Source: Octopus vulgaris (lineage: Eukaryota). From it: a DNA stretch of 64,000 bases. The stretch lies in the NCBI GenBank assembly GCA_951406725.2, contig OX597817.1, positions 171,678,001-171,742,000 of the forward strand. The letters run 5' to 3'. Under the pieces are notes generated by a model. That model searched no databases. It had not been told where the DNA came from and saw only the letters and a list, made by a program, of their open reading frames with translations. The position numbers and the translations under genes are program-made. Below, piece by piece: positions 1 through 13,299 of this stretch (its first letter is position 1; every line of letters begins with the position of its first letter).

Positions 1-544
1 ACATTAAAATATTTATATGTGCAGATATACATCTATATGTACACATACATATATATATATATATACACATATGCATATATACATTTGTACAAACACAGGT
101 ATATCTATATCTATGTCTATCTACCTATCTATTTATATATATTATGTATATGTTTGTGTATTATATATATATATATGTGTGTGTGTATGTATAAATGCAC
201 GCGTGCACACAAGTGTACTCCTGCACAAATATATACTTTCCTATATGTGTTTGCATGTATGTGGAGGGTGTATAAATACATGTGTATACATCTCAGTTGT
301 GTATGATTTTGAAAAGTAGTTTCTTGAATGAGATAGAACTTTATTCTTGCTTTTTACACTAATATTAGCTCTCATTTATACTTTGTTTATTGAACTATGT
401 TTGATCTGTGCAGAGTTATTAGTTTACTAAAATTCTTTTGCTTCACTTTATTTGGTACATTATCTTTTATTTTTGTAACACAAGTAATGAGTTCTATGAA
501 GCATAAACTGGTATTGTGTCTTGGTGAAAGACTTTAATCCAACC

Positions 545-1277
545 ATCCACACACTCATCTGTCCCACCCTCCATCCATCCATCCATCCATCCATCCATCC
601 TTCCATCCATCCATTATTCATCAATCTGTCCATCCTTTTACTCATCCACCCATCCATCCACCCACCCACCCAACCATCCATCCATCCATCCATCCATCCA
701 TTATTCATCCATCTGTCCATCCTTTTACTCATCCATCCATCCATCCACCCACCCATCCATCCATCCACCCACCCACCCACCCACCCATCCATCCATCCAT
801 CCACCCACCCATCCATCCATCCATCCATCCATCCATCCACCCACCCACCCACCCACCCATACATCCATCCATCCATCCATCCATCCATCCACCCACACCC
901 ATCCATCCATCCATCCATCCACCCACCCACCCACCCATCCATCCATCCATCCATCCATCCATCCACCCATCCATCCACCCACCCACCCATCCATCCATCC
1001 ATCCATCCATCCACCCACCCACCCATCCATCCATCCACCCACCCACCCACCCACCCATCCATCCATCCATCCATCCATCCATCCATCCACCCACCCATCC
1101 ATCCATCCATCCACCCACCCACCCATCCATCCATCCATCCATCCATCCACCCACCCACCCACCCATCCATCCATCCATCCATCCATCCATCCATCCATCC
1201 ACCCACCCATCCATCCATCCATCCACCCACCCATCCATCCATCCATCCATCCATCCATCCATCCATCTACCCATCTA
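545..1277. repeat. (CCAT/CCAC)n compound tetranucleotide microsatellite
   Basis: About 730 bp of interleaved CCAT/CCAC units; source of the spurious DGWM/HPSI ORFs. Confidence 0.97.
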
Positions 1278-1280
1278 TTA

Positions 1281-1480
1281 TTATTACCGCCACCCTAGCA
1301 AAGGCGGAGGTATTGCTTTCTGTCATGTTTGTTTGTCCATAGACAAGATATCTCAAGAACTGTGGGATGGATTTGGATAAAACTTTTAGGGAAGTTTTCC
1401 CTCTTGACTGGTATGAACTGATTAGATTTTGGGATCGATCCAATATCAGACAAGGATTCTAGATTATTTTTCTTGTTTTT
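1281..1480 (+). mobile_element. DINE-1/HINE-like (Helentron-associated) non-autonomous element, 5' part
   Basis: Starts TTATTACCGCC..GGCGGAGGTATTG (short inverted repeat), then GTTTGTTTGTCC, GATGGATTTGGATAAAACTT and GATTAGATTTTGGGATCGATCC; same layout as 55590-55785. Confidence 0.55.
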
Positions 1481-1845
1481 CCTTGGGCAAGTGTCTTCTA
1501 CTATCTAATCTTAGGCCGACCAAAACCTTGTGAGTGGATTTGGTAGATAGAAACTGAAAGAAGCCCGTGGTATATATATACACACACGCTTATGTATATA
1601 TTTATGTGAGTATGTCTTTGTGTCTGTAGTTTGACCCCTACCATCATTTGACAACAGATGTTGGTGTGTTTACATTCCTGTAACTTAACGGCTCAGCAGA
1701 AGAGACCAGTAGAAAAAGTGCTAGGCTTACAAGAAATAAGTCCTGGGGTCGATTTCTTCGACTAACAAACCCTTTAAAGCAGTGCTCGAGTATGGCCACA
1801 GTCTAATGACTGAAACAAGTAAAAGAGTACAAGAATAAAAGAAAA
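1481..1845 (+). mobile_element. SINE family A, 5'-truncated
   Basis: CCTTGGGCAAGTGTCTTCTAC..GGAAACTGAAAGAAGCCCG, (TA/TG)n hinge, tail ending GACTGAAACAAGTAAAAGAG as in 54454-54871. Confidence 0.85.
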
Positions 1846-1854
1846 TCTCTCTGT

Positions 1855-2067
1855 AAGGCAGCAAGCTGGCAGAAATGTTAGCACACTGGTCAGAATGATT
1901 AGCGGCATTTCATCTGTCTTTACGTCCTGAGTTCAAATTTCACCAAGGTCGACTTCACCTTTTCTCCTTTTGAGGTCGATAAAAAAGGTACCAGTGGAGC
2001 ACTGGGGTCGATGTAATCAACAAGCCCCCTCCCCTCAAATTTCAGGCCTTGTGCCTATACTAGAAAT
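1855..2067 (+). mobile_element. SINE family C (Deu/Nin-like body)
   Basis: GCTGGCAGAAATGTTAGCA..GAGTTCAAATT..GGTCGACTT..GAGGTCGATAAAA..GGCCTTGTGCCTA; many copies in window. Confidence 0.8.
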
Positions 2068-2747
2068 GATGATTATATGTCTCTCTCTGGTTTTGGTCTC
2101 TCCTCCTCCCAAAAAATAATGAGGATTCGGCAATTTCTCGGTGAACAACCTGCATAGATGATTTGTTTATAATGATCAAGTATGTGTTGCACATCGGCTC
2201 ATTTCCATCAAATCGACACGACAAGACCTGTATAGGTGCATCGTATGTGTCACATGTTAGAATTTGAAATGATCATAGAAGAACCAGGTCCAGGAAGCAA
2301 AACCATAATCTTACAATCATTAGTGTAACACCCTAACCACTGGACCAAATACCATCACCATACGAAACAAAATATAATTTTTTAAAAGATATCATCTCAG
2401 TTAAAAGCAAACTTAATTTCAGTGACGTCTATGAATTAGATGGATTCCTTTGGGACATATTCTAGAAACTGTTGAAAGAAAATGATATGTAAGAGTGCTT
2501 TCTTTCTAATTAGAAACTACACTAGTTGCCTTAGTTTCAACTATTTTTTACTGATAAAGTGGATTTCCAATCCAAAGCTTGTGTTTTGATGATTGGGTGT
2601 TGAAAAGAAAAAAAAAAAAAACCTGTAATTAGGAAATGTTGCATAAGGTTTAAAGGAATTACAGCTAATTATTAACTAATGATACGTCTTAACACTAATA
2701 ACAACAGCAAAAGCAAGGATAATAACACCAACAACAACTACTTTTTT

Positions 2748-2984
2748 TTAGCCCTTGGCATTCAGACTACCCTGTCAAATGTGATGCTTATTTATTCATA
2801 TTGCTTTGAATTGATCATGCATTATCTTCTGACTTTGAGATTTAAATGATGTGAATGATTATTTTTACAGTGACATTGTAGGGTAAGTGTGACAGGCTGG
2901 ATCTGATCAATCTGAACATAAAACAGGTAGAATATTTTGGTCAGTTATGGATGGTTATGGCCAGTTTAGATGCTAAAGTGTTAA
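2748..2984. mobile_element. TTAA-flanked piggyBac-like MITE, family F
   Basis: TTAG-CCCTTGGCATT ... GATGCTAAAGTG-TTAA termini; related partial copies near 22390-22580 (-), 36473-36680 and 49951-50000. Confidence 0.65.
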
Positions 2985-3091
2985 CACTCTGCCTACACTG
3001 TCAAAGATACAGGAGTATGAAATGGTGAAAGCATTTATAATAGATCATAACACCATACATACATACATACATACATACATACATACATACA

Positions 3092-3123
<32 letters not shown>

Positions 3124-3984
3124 AACAGACACAGCAGTGGTTAAGCTGCTCACTTTACAACCTTGTAGTTTTTGATTCACTGCCACCGTGTTGCACTTTG
3201 AGCAGGTCACTCTTACTATAGATTAAGACTGACCAATGCTTTGAGAGTGGAACTCATAGATGGAAATTGTAGGAAGCCCAGTGTTTGCATATGTGCATGT
3301 GTATATGCGTGTGCTTGTGTGCTCATATGCATGCATGTGTGTGTGTGTGTGTGTGTGTGTGCATATGCATGTTCATGTGTATGGGTGTGTGCATGTGTGT
3401 CTTTGTGTGCACGTGCGTGTGTGTGTGTGTGTGCATGCGTGCCTCCTCTTATCTCCTCCAGACAATAAACCTGTTCTTTTCCTTAGTGGCATGTCAACTT
3501 TGGAAAATTTTGGAATCTAGAGATTATCTCTTCTTTTCAAATGGAGCCAGTCTTAATTACTATTTGGTAATTATGACACACCCTCTAGATGTGGAAGTAA
3601 TTTTAATAAATCTAGAATCTATGTTGTATGGTATTTAACAAACCTGTATTTGCCTCAGTTATTTCTCTTAGGTCATTTTTGCTTAAATTGTGCATATAGA
3701 CAGACGGATAGATGTACAGGAAGATAAGCAGATAGATAGAAGGATAGATATGTACATAGATACACACACATATATATATATATATATATATGCATCTGTG
3801 TACATGTGTGTACACAGATATATGCATATGTGTGCAAGTGTGTGTACTTGTCAATTATGTCCCCACTAACATTCTAATGGTTCAGCTAGTTTGATTTAAT
3901 AATATTAATAATAATAATAATAATAATGCTGATGATGATGACTTTCATATTAATGGCTTTATTTAGGCATAACTGCATTTAGGA

Positions 3985-4430
3985 ACTTTGCTTTCCAACC
4001 ACATGGTTTCAAGTTCAGTCTCACTGGGCAGCATCTAGGGCCAATGTCTTTTCCTACAGCCCAGGGCTAACCTTAGCCTTACAAGTGGACTTGGAGGATG
4101 AAAATTGAAAGTAGCCTATCATATATACACGTGTGTGTGTGTGTCTGTGTGTGTGTGTGTATGAATTTATGTATGTGAGAATGCCTGTATGTTTGTGTCT
4201 CCTTGTCTTGATATAGCATGATAGTTGTAAATGAGTGTCACTGTCATACAAGCAGTGTCATTTATTTCCAATATTCTGTGAGAACATATCCGGTCATGGA
4301 GAAAAATTTTACCTTGGAAACAAGTGAAGATTGGCAATTGGAAGGGCATCTGGCTGTAGAATATCTGCCTTGATAAGCTTTGTCCAAGTCATATAAGCAT
4401 CGGAAAGTAAACATGAAAATGCTGATGATA
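3985..4430 (+). mobile_element. SINE family B (family A head with alternative tail)
   Basis: Degenerate family A head, (TG)n hinge, tail with GGAAGGGCATCTGGCTGTAGAA and terminal GATGAT. Confidence 0.75.
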
Positions 4431-5782
4431 TTGAAGCAATACTGACGGTGAGGACAAAGAGATGGCAGACAATAATGACAATGATAATAATGATGATAGC
4501 AATGAGTTATTAACTGATAATAATAATGATAAACACATAAACAACAGGCCGACTGACCACCCACCCCTTAAGCTACAGTCATGTGTCATCAAGAAAGAAG
4601 GTAAATAGGAAGTTAGTTATAGGGTGAAGAATCAGGAATAAGATGATGAGGAGCAGGTGGGAAATGACAGAAGGCAGGACAAAGAAGGGAAAAAATATTC
4701 AAAGCATTGTCCCAGAAAGCATTTGCTAGAAAAAAAAAACAGGTAAAAAAAAAGAGATACTTGAGGATGCGGTTTTGGCCTACCTTCTTCGGCTAACAGT
4801 TAAGAGGGGTAGAAAAAAAATAGTAACTGCTCCTTGGCATCGTTTAGAAAATGCTTACCTGCTAATTGAAGAGAAATTGAGTAGTTTAGACAAGAAAAAA
4901 TGAGGGATAATATAAATCTTTAAAAACGATTTTTTTTTTTTTTAGAATTTTTTCCTTTTTTTTTCCTTTTTATTTAAAGCTGAATTTTTATAGTCTCAGC
5001 AATTTAGTTAACATTGGAATGTATTGAAGGTTGAGAGGGATAAGGAGAAAGGATCTTGACACTGGGTGTAGTATGAGTCATTTCAGTGTATGTGTGTGTA
5101 TACATTCATAATATATATATGTACATAGAGATGTACTTACCTATATAATATATATATATGTGTGTGCATATGTATTTTCATATACAAAATATACAAATGT
5201 AAATACACAAGCACTTATAAAAATATATGTATATATATGCGTATATACGTGCTTAAATGCATGTGTGTGTATATATAAATATATACACACACACATGCTG
5301 CTCATACACATACATACACACATACATGAACATTACTTTTAAGCACAGTGGGTAATCTGCAGATCTTATCAGACCTATTGTAAAAATGTCTCTTCTAAGT
5401 TATATGCAATACAGAATCATGTTGTTTGGTATTGTCTACAAAAATATATCTTCTTAGACCACCAACAGCAAGACAATATATATTACATGATTGGCAGATA
5501 TATATTCCTTCAGGTGGTAAACCGTTATTAACTTGTTTTGGTTCTTGTATTCTTGTGTTGAAGACAGAACAAACATGGTTACAAGCTGAAGATTTGAGTA
5601 GGGTCATTAATAATAATTTTCTGATTTGAGTAGGGCCATTAATAATAATTTTGATTTTTGTTCAATGTGATTTTCTTTGAAATGCACAGAAACTTTTAGT
5701 ATATTTTCTTCTCTATGATACCGTCTCATACATCACATATGCATTCATATATATCATACATACATGTATATATTTATATGAT

Positions 5783-5823
<41 letters not shown>

Positions 5824-6793
5824 TTTGTGAAATTTGATTTAGTATTTCTAAATTTGTTTTTCCCTGTAAGTTTGGAATAATATTCCCTCATATTATTATT
5901 ATCATATATATATATATATACATGTATGTATGTATGTATGTATGTATGTATGTATGTATGTATGTATGTATGTGTGTGTATGTATGTATGTATGTATGTA
6001 TATGTAAACCATGCTAAAGCAGACATTGGAATTTGATGCAATCTTCTGGCTTGTTAGATGCTGTCAAACCATACCAGCATAGAAGGTAGGCATTAAATAA
6101 TGATGATGATGATAATGTTGATGGTGATGATAATTACACCTTATATGATATTTACAATGCAATGTTTATTTTATTTTATTTTATTTTATTTATTTATTTT
6201 TTTTTGTGGTCAATTGGTGGAGGGTGTCTGAAACAAATGAAGAAGCAGTGAGAGACATGGAATGTAGGTGTGGGAAGTGAAAGAATTACAAACATAGTGA
6301 ACCGTAGCAAGAGGTTTTGTGATGTGATGGAGTAGCAGGTATTTTGCTTTAAAATGAAACTGCAAATTTTCATTGCGAATTTTGCAAGAAATATATTTAT
6401 TCTTAATTTCAAATTTTATATTCAAAAGGAAAAATAAAAGAAGAAAAAAAAAAAAAAAGATGGTAAACAAAAATGTGCAACAAGTTGATTTCAGATTACA
6501 GAATTTCACATGGACATACATGAGAACAAACACACACACACACACACATGCATATATTTTTATATATATATATATATAAATATATATATACTCAAAAACA
6601 TACCGACACACGCACACATACAAATGCGTATGCAAGCACACCCATACACAGACATATATGCATGCAAGTGATTATAACTTTTGCCTTTTCTCACTGAATA
6701 CTCAGTACAACATCAAACACTCACTAACAAAGCATTTTGCCAGGCATTTTAGGAAATATTCATAAACAAATGAAAGAAAGTAGCAAAGTATTT

Positions 6794-6880
<87 letters not shown>

Positions 6881-7311
6881 GTGTGTGTATGTATATATGT
6901 ATATAATGACGATGACGATGATGATGATGATGATATATTTATATGTATATAAATGGAGGAATACAATATTTTCAAATGGTAAATATGTAACTAATTCCAC
7001 CAACTATACTTTGGTATAGAAATTTTTTTTGAAAGAAAGAAATTTAACCCCTTTGATACTAAACCACCTGAGATTGCCCTTGGTTCTATATAGAAGCTTT
7101 TTTTTTTCTAAGTGATCTAAATTAAAACCTCCTTTCAAAATTTCATGTTAATTAGTTGCTCCACTTTCCAGCCTAATAATGAGATAATTCTTCATTAGTT
7201 TAAAAATAAATTGAAACAAAGGAAACATGGTAATAAGAGGTAATACCTTATTTCATTCACACACACATATGTGCACACATGTACGCACAAACACACACAC
7301 ACACACACACA

Positions 7312-7530
7312 TATTCTTTTATTCTTTTATTTGTTTCAGTCATTTGACAGTGACATGCTGGAGCACAGCCTTTAGTTGAACAAACTGACCCCAAGACGTT
7401 TTCTTTGTAAGCCAAGTGCTTATTCTATCGGTCTCCTTTGTTGAACCACTAAGCTACAGGGACGTAAACACACCAGTAAGTCAGGGGGATGTAAACAAAG
7501 CAACACCAGTAACACTGGTTGTCATGTGAT
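7312..7530 (-). mobile_element. SINE family A tail
   Basis: TTCTTTTATTTGTTTCAGTCATTTGAC..CATGCTGGAGCAC is the reverse complement of the family A 3' end. Confidence 0.75.
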
Positions 7531-7880
7531 GTTAACATCAAGCAAATTCACTCCATCCTAAAACATCAGTCATCTCCAGCCCATAGGAGAAATCCTTGCC
7601 TAGAGTGCCACAGTGTCAAGGAATGATACAGAACCCAGAACTGCAGGGTTAAGAAGCAGAATTCTTCATCATATTGTATTGATTTTACCTGTACAATATA
7701 TACTAAGCCCTAGATTGATGAAAGCTTTGGTGAGTGGATTTGGTATATGAAAACTGAAAGAAGCCTATAGTGTGTGCATGTACACAGATATATATATATT
7801 TATACACATATATGTGTATGTGTTTGAGTATGTCCTTGTTTTAATATTATGCATTGGTTGTAGTTGAGAATTGCTGTCAT

Positions 7881-8020
7881 ACACACACACACACACCTGT
7901 GTTTAGCTTGTAACACACACACACACCTGTGTTTAGCTTGTAACACGCACACACACACACACACACACCTGTGTTTAGCTTGTAACACACACACACACAC
8001 ACCTGTGTTTAGCTTGTAAC
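7881..8020. repeat. Minisatellite: 4 x CTGTGTTTAGCTTGTAA separated by (CA)n
   Basis: Four identical 17-bp units with variable-length CA spacers. Confidence 0.9.
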
Positions 8021-8778
8021 ATATTTAGCAATACAAATAAAGGATAAGATGCATAGCGTTCATATAGGGTTGCTCTACTTAAACAACGTATTCAATTTCC
8101 AGTGGCATCGTTTTCTATAAGCCTGAACAGAGCTACCTTGCCGTTGCTATGACATTCTCAACTATTTTCATACGATAATCTATTAATTCCCTCCAAGTTG
8201 CAATCGTTGTCTCCCTCTAGCTCTGTCTCTCTTTGTTGCTCAAGGACAACAACGCTGCGGTGTTTTTTAAACAGATGGTAATCTTACTTATGGTCTTGCT
8301 TAAATATAAGTGAGTCTATTTTTCAATCAACAGCCTCTAAATCTGGTCTTTAATATAGCAAAACTAACAACAGTGTCTCTAACTAGTTGCTCAGCCTACT
8401 AGAGATACAAGATACAATGACAAAATTTTCATCAAAATCACACAATGTACAGTTAGGTAAAAAAAAAACAAAAAAAAAACAGAAGGATATACTGGACTAT
8501 TAAGGTTTAGTTATGGCTGTGTAGATATGAAATTTGTTCTGCAGCCATGAGATTTTGGATTCAATCCCATCGTATACTCATTGGTAACGTATTTCCTATT
8601 ATAAGGTGAAGTTGACAAATACCTTGTCTGTGGAATACAGTTGACAGAAATACTGTAGAAGCTGATATATATATATACATATATAATTTACAAGATAAGG
8701 GCAGAAGAAAAATTCTAATGCCAGATATGCCGAAACAAAAAAATTTTCGATAACCATTAAATTTATGCGTCTTGAAAC

Positions 8779-8832
<54 letters not shown>

Positions 8833-9087
8833 ATATATATATGGCTCTGCCATGTGTTTGTTCAAATAGCTTCACCTTCAGCAACCTTAGTATTTGCAAT
8901 CATGGCTTGATAGCCAGAACATGCAGATCGGATAAGAAAGGTCACTCAAGAAGGACTGAGCGAGTGATTTGAAACAGTTCCGATTGCATCACCATTTTTT
9001 TTTTACCACTGAGCAAATATGCAATGTTTTGCAATGATCCAGCCTCTAATGATAATAATAATAATAATAATGATAATAATGATAATA

Positions 9088-9320
9088 ATTGTCTTAACTG
9101 GTACATCACACGTATTGGGAAGAGCATTGTCGATGTGAGAACTGTTGCTGCTCATGTATTTTAATTTAACTTAAAAAAAAAAAAAAAAAAAAAAAAAAAT
9201 GAACGAACTATTGAGTTTGGTTTAATGGCCTACCAATGTATACTATGAGTTTCTTTGCCCTAGGAGTCGGGAAGATACTCGGCAAGAAATGGAAGCAAAT
9301 TTGAAAGAAGAAAAAAAAAA
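9088..9320 (+). mobile_element. Dong/R4-like non-LTR retrotransposon 3' end in (TAA)n
   Basis: Translates VLTGTSHVLGRALSM* (R4/Dong-type C-terminus); (TAA)n on both sides; 3' UTR shared with 39268-39415. Confidence 0.7.
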
Positions 9321-9387
<67 letters not shown>

Positions 9388-10104
9388 CAACAACGGTAAT
9401 AATAATAATAGTCATAATTATGATAATAATAAGGATTTAGTGATAATAAAAAAATTTTTTAACAGGCAGAACAGAAATTTGAGGGGAGGGGTTAGTTGAT
9501 TTAGTTGATTTAGGGGTTAGTTGATTTCAGTAAACTTGGTACTGGACAGCTATGTCATTTTATCAACTTCATAAGATTGAAAGACAAACTTGACTTTGGT
9601 AAGAATCAAAGTCAGAATGAAAAGACTCAGAAGAAATATTGCAAAGTATTTCTCTGCTCTGTAATTCTTAATTTATTATTGTGTGTGTATGTATATATAT
9701 GTGTGTGTGTGTGTGTATGTATGAATGTATGAATATAATATATATATATATGTACATATGTACCTATATATACACACTCACACACAAATATATATACATA
9801 TATAAATATACACATGCATATATAGATGCATGAAAGTGTGTAAAATCAATTATGCTTTTGGGAAAGGTATAAACACAAAAGTTACTAATCCATTATTCTA
9901 TCCTGAAAGCCAATATGGTTGAACAGCCATTGGTGGATTATCCTTATCATAAATGATCAATTAGCTGACTATCTTATGACAATGGTTTGTGTTTATATTG
10001 GTCTGTGTGTGTGTGTGTGTGCTATCTTTCTGCCTTTATGATTTAGTGAAAACGTTCAAAGAAAATAATAAATCTCTGAGCGAGGTATAAACAGTAGCTG
10101 CACG

Positions 10105-10494
10105 ACAATGTGAAGTATATTTGCCACTTACATGTGGCTAACCACTAAGGGTGGTTGTAGCTTGTAGCCCCAGGAGAACATCTTCTTCAGCTGGCTACTG
10201 ACATTTATTATTGCTTGCTCACACTTTTTCGAGATCAGTGACATTTCGTCACTGGAAAAAGGATGTATTTTCATTGGGACCTCTTCACATCGAAGACCGG
10301 TGATTGTCGTGTGCTGATGACGGGTAAATACCCAGAAACCTGGGTCCATACGTATCACATCATGTTGACGATGGGAAGGATGGCTTCCCTTTGCAAATAC
10401 TGATAGGGCACAGAAAGTGTGTCAATGGCCAGCTGGAGTAGCATCCACCCTTAATGGTTAGCCACATTTCAGTGGCAAATATACTTCACATTGT
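10105..10494. mobile_element. Penelope-like-derived element with ~50-bp terminal inverted repeats and internal hammerhead
   Basis: ACAATGTGAAGTATATTTGCCAC..TAAGGGTGG (10105-10154) is inverted at 10445-10494; internal blocks shared with the 34035-34290 palindrome. Confidence 0.6.
10308..10352 (+). ncRNA. Type I hammerhead ribozyme motif
   Basis: CGUGUG-CUGAUGA-C-GGGU(AAAU)ACCC-A-GAAA-CC(UG)G-GUC-CAUACG; stem I 6 bp, GUC cleavage triplet; C10.1-A11.1 mismatch. Confidence 0.75.
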
Positions 10495-10765
10495 TTAAAG
10501 AAAAATTCTCTCAAAAATTGGTTGGTACTAACACACACACAGACAAAATATGCACATTCATTTACAATCACAGGTTTTCATAGAGTTTTAGGAAGTCACT
10601 TAAAATTCATATTCTGTTCTGATTTGACATATGAGCTTTCAAAATATTCCAAGAGTGCAATTTTATTTTGACGATTTGCAATAAAAGGAAAGGATTTTTA
10701 AAAGAGCAAAAATCTTATCAGATATTCCTCAAATCTTGTTGGACATTCATTACCTACATATATAG

Positions 10766-11018
10766 TGACTCCTGTGCATGTGGCACATAAAAAGCACCAT
10801 TTGAGCATGACCACTGCCAGTACCGGTGGCACGTAAAAGTATCCACTACACTCTCGGAGTGGTTGGCGTTAGGAAGGGCATCCAGCTGTAGAAACACTGC
10901 CAGATCAGATGGGAGTCTGGTGCAGCCATCTGGTTCGCCAGACCTCAGTCAAATCGTCCAACCCATGCTAGCATGGAGAACGGACATTAAACGATGATGA
11001 TGATGATGATGATGATGA
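10766..11018 (+). mobile_element. RTE-type 3' tail element (family E)
   Basis: GTGGTTGGCGTTAGGAAGGGCATCCAGCTGTAGAAAC..CCATGCTAGCATGGA..(GAT)n. Confidence 0.85.
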
Positions 11019-11307
11019 TCATGATATATATGTCAGTATATACATAGGCAATGAAGATTTTTGAAGTCATCAAACACACCAACAGTTGTGCACACAAAAA
11101 CTACACACATGCTTGCATGTGACAATATATTTTGGTATATACACATTGTATCACCAAACTAGTTATAGATATTAAATATGCATACATTTCACATGAGTGA
11201 AACCTACAGGAAAAACCCTCCAGGGTCAATCAACTTCTGGAAATGGAAGCAAAATCTCTTTCGATTCATATCTTTTCATTTTAAAAGCGAACATAAAATA
11301 CTTAATG

Positions 11308-11703
11308 TACTCTTTTACTCTTTACTCTTTTACTTGTTTCAGTCATTTCACTGTGGCCATGATGGGGCACTGTCTTTAGTCAAGCAAATTGACCCCAGGA
11401 CTTATTCTTTGTAAGCCTAGTACTTATTCTATCGATCTCTTTTGCCAAACCGCTAAGTTACAGGGACGTAAACACACCAGCATCGGTTGTCAAGCGATAT
11501 TGGGGGGACAAACACAAACATACACACACACACACACATATATACGACAGGCTTCTTTCAGTTTCCGTCTACCAAATCCATTCAAGGCTTTGGTTGGCCC
11601 GAGGCTATAGTAGAAGACACTTGCCCAAGGTGCCATGCAGTGGGACTGAACCCAAAACCATGTGGTTGTTAAGCAAGCTACTTACCACACAGCCCCTCCT
11701 ACG
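11308..11703 (-). mobile_element. SINE family A, near full length
   Basis: Reverse complement of the head, hinge and tail of 54454-54871. Confidence 0.88.
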
Positions 11704-11789
11704 TAGTTCCCTATGTTTGAATAAAAGAGGAAATTGTCACAGTTAGTGAGACTTTGATAAGAACTGACCTGTATACATATATACATATG

Positions 11790-11935
11790 CTTCCTAACTA
11801 CAGGGTTCTGAGTTCAGCCCCACTTTATAACATCTTTGACAAGAATCTTCTACTAAGCCCCAGATTGATGAAAGCCTTGTGAGTGGATTTGGTATATGAA
11901 AACTAAACAAAGCCTATAGTGTGTGTGTGTGTACA

Positions 11936-12012
<77 letters not shown>

Positions 12013-12285
12013 TTATACATATATATATGTGTATGTGTTTGAGTATGTCCTTGTCTTAATATTATGTGATGGTTGTAGTTGAGCATTGCTGTCATACAAG
12101 CCATGATGTTCTTTTCTAGTCTTCAGTGAAAAACATATCTAGCCATGGGGAAAATATTCCCATGCTTGTAATTAGACAAGTGTTAGGAACAGGGAGAGCA
12201 TCTGATTGTAGAAAACCATTTGGTTCAACGAATTCTGTCTGACCCATGCAAACATGGGAAAGTGAATATTAAAACGATGATGATG
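11790..12285 (+). mobile_element. SINE family B
   Basis: Family A head, (CATA)/(TA) hinge, family B tail ending AAACGATGATGATG. Confidence 0.75.
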
Positions 12286-12682
12286 AAGAGAGATGTGTCT
12301 GTGTGTGTGTGTTAAAAGCTGATGAGCTGAAGCTTCTAGACTCATTAGTCAGAGTTTCACATTGTTGATTATTCGAGCAGTTGAAGAATATATAATACAT
12401 AAACCATCTATAAAAATATATAAGCAAACATATTCATAAACACATCGAAATAGGTGCAGCCATTCAGTCTTGATTGGTTGCCAAAAGAGAATAAATAGAA
12501 ATGAGTCATTTATTTATTTAACTGTCATAGGCACAACATGATATATTCTTCCATTCACATGAAAAACCATATTTTTATGTCATTAGTATCAAATGTGGAA
12601 GATACTCATAAAAATAAGAAAGTCACTATTCTTTTGATGTTGGGGCTTCTTTCTAATATGTGATCATCATTCAGGGTTTGTC

Positions 12683-13183
12683 AGAATCGAAATCGATCAA
12701 ATGGAAATTGCGGATGTGCTACCAGTGCCGGTGGCATGTCGAAACTCTGCTTGTGAAGACCCATTGAGGCAAGTGAGGATCAGAATCGAAATCGATCAAT
12801 GGAAATCGATCAATGGAAATTGCAGATGTGTTACCAGTGCCGGTGGCATGTAAGAGAACCTTCCGTTTCGCGACCGTTGCCAGCACCGCCCCGTTTCGTG
12901 TTCGTTGCCAGCCTCGCCTGGCCCTCGTGCCGGTGGCACATAAAAAACACCATCCGTTCGTGGCCGTTTGCCAGCTCTGGCTGGCACCAGTGCGGGTGGC
13001 ACGTAAAAAGCACCCACTACACTCACGGAGTGGTTGGCGTTAGGAAGGGCATCCAGCCGTAGAAACACTGCCAGATTTGACTGGGCCTGATGAAGCCTTC
13101 TGGCTTCACAGACCCCAGCAGAACCGTCCAACCCATGCTAGCATGGAAAACGGACGCTAAATGATGATGATGATGATGATGAT
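12683..13183 (+). mobile_element. RTE-type 3' element (family E), young, with duplicated 5' junction
   Basis: CpG-rich; repeated GTGCCGGTGGCAC modules; AGAATCGAAATCGATCAA..GTGCCGGTGGCATGT occurs twice (12683, 12782); (GAT)n tail. Confidence 0.88.
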
Positions 13184-13299
13184 TATGCGAGAAATAAATT
13201 ATGTTAGCCCATCAGTGATAAGAAATTCTTCAGTAAAAATCAATTGGAGTATCTGCAAAAGTTCACCAATTCTGATCTTTTCAAAATTGCAAAAGACAG

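Noticed and set aside
5130-5150. Minus-strand TATAG|GTAAGT recursive site
   Set aside because: Upstream is (TA)n with no pyrimidine tract.
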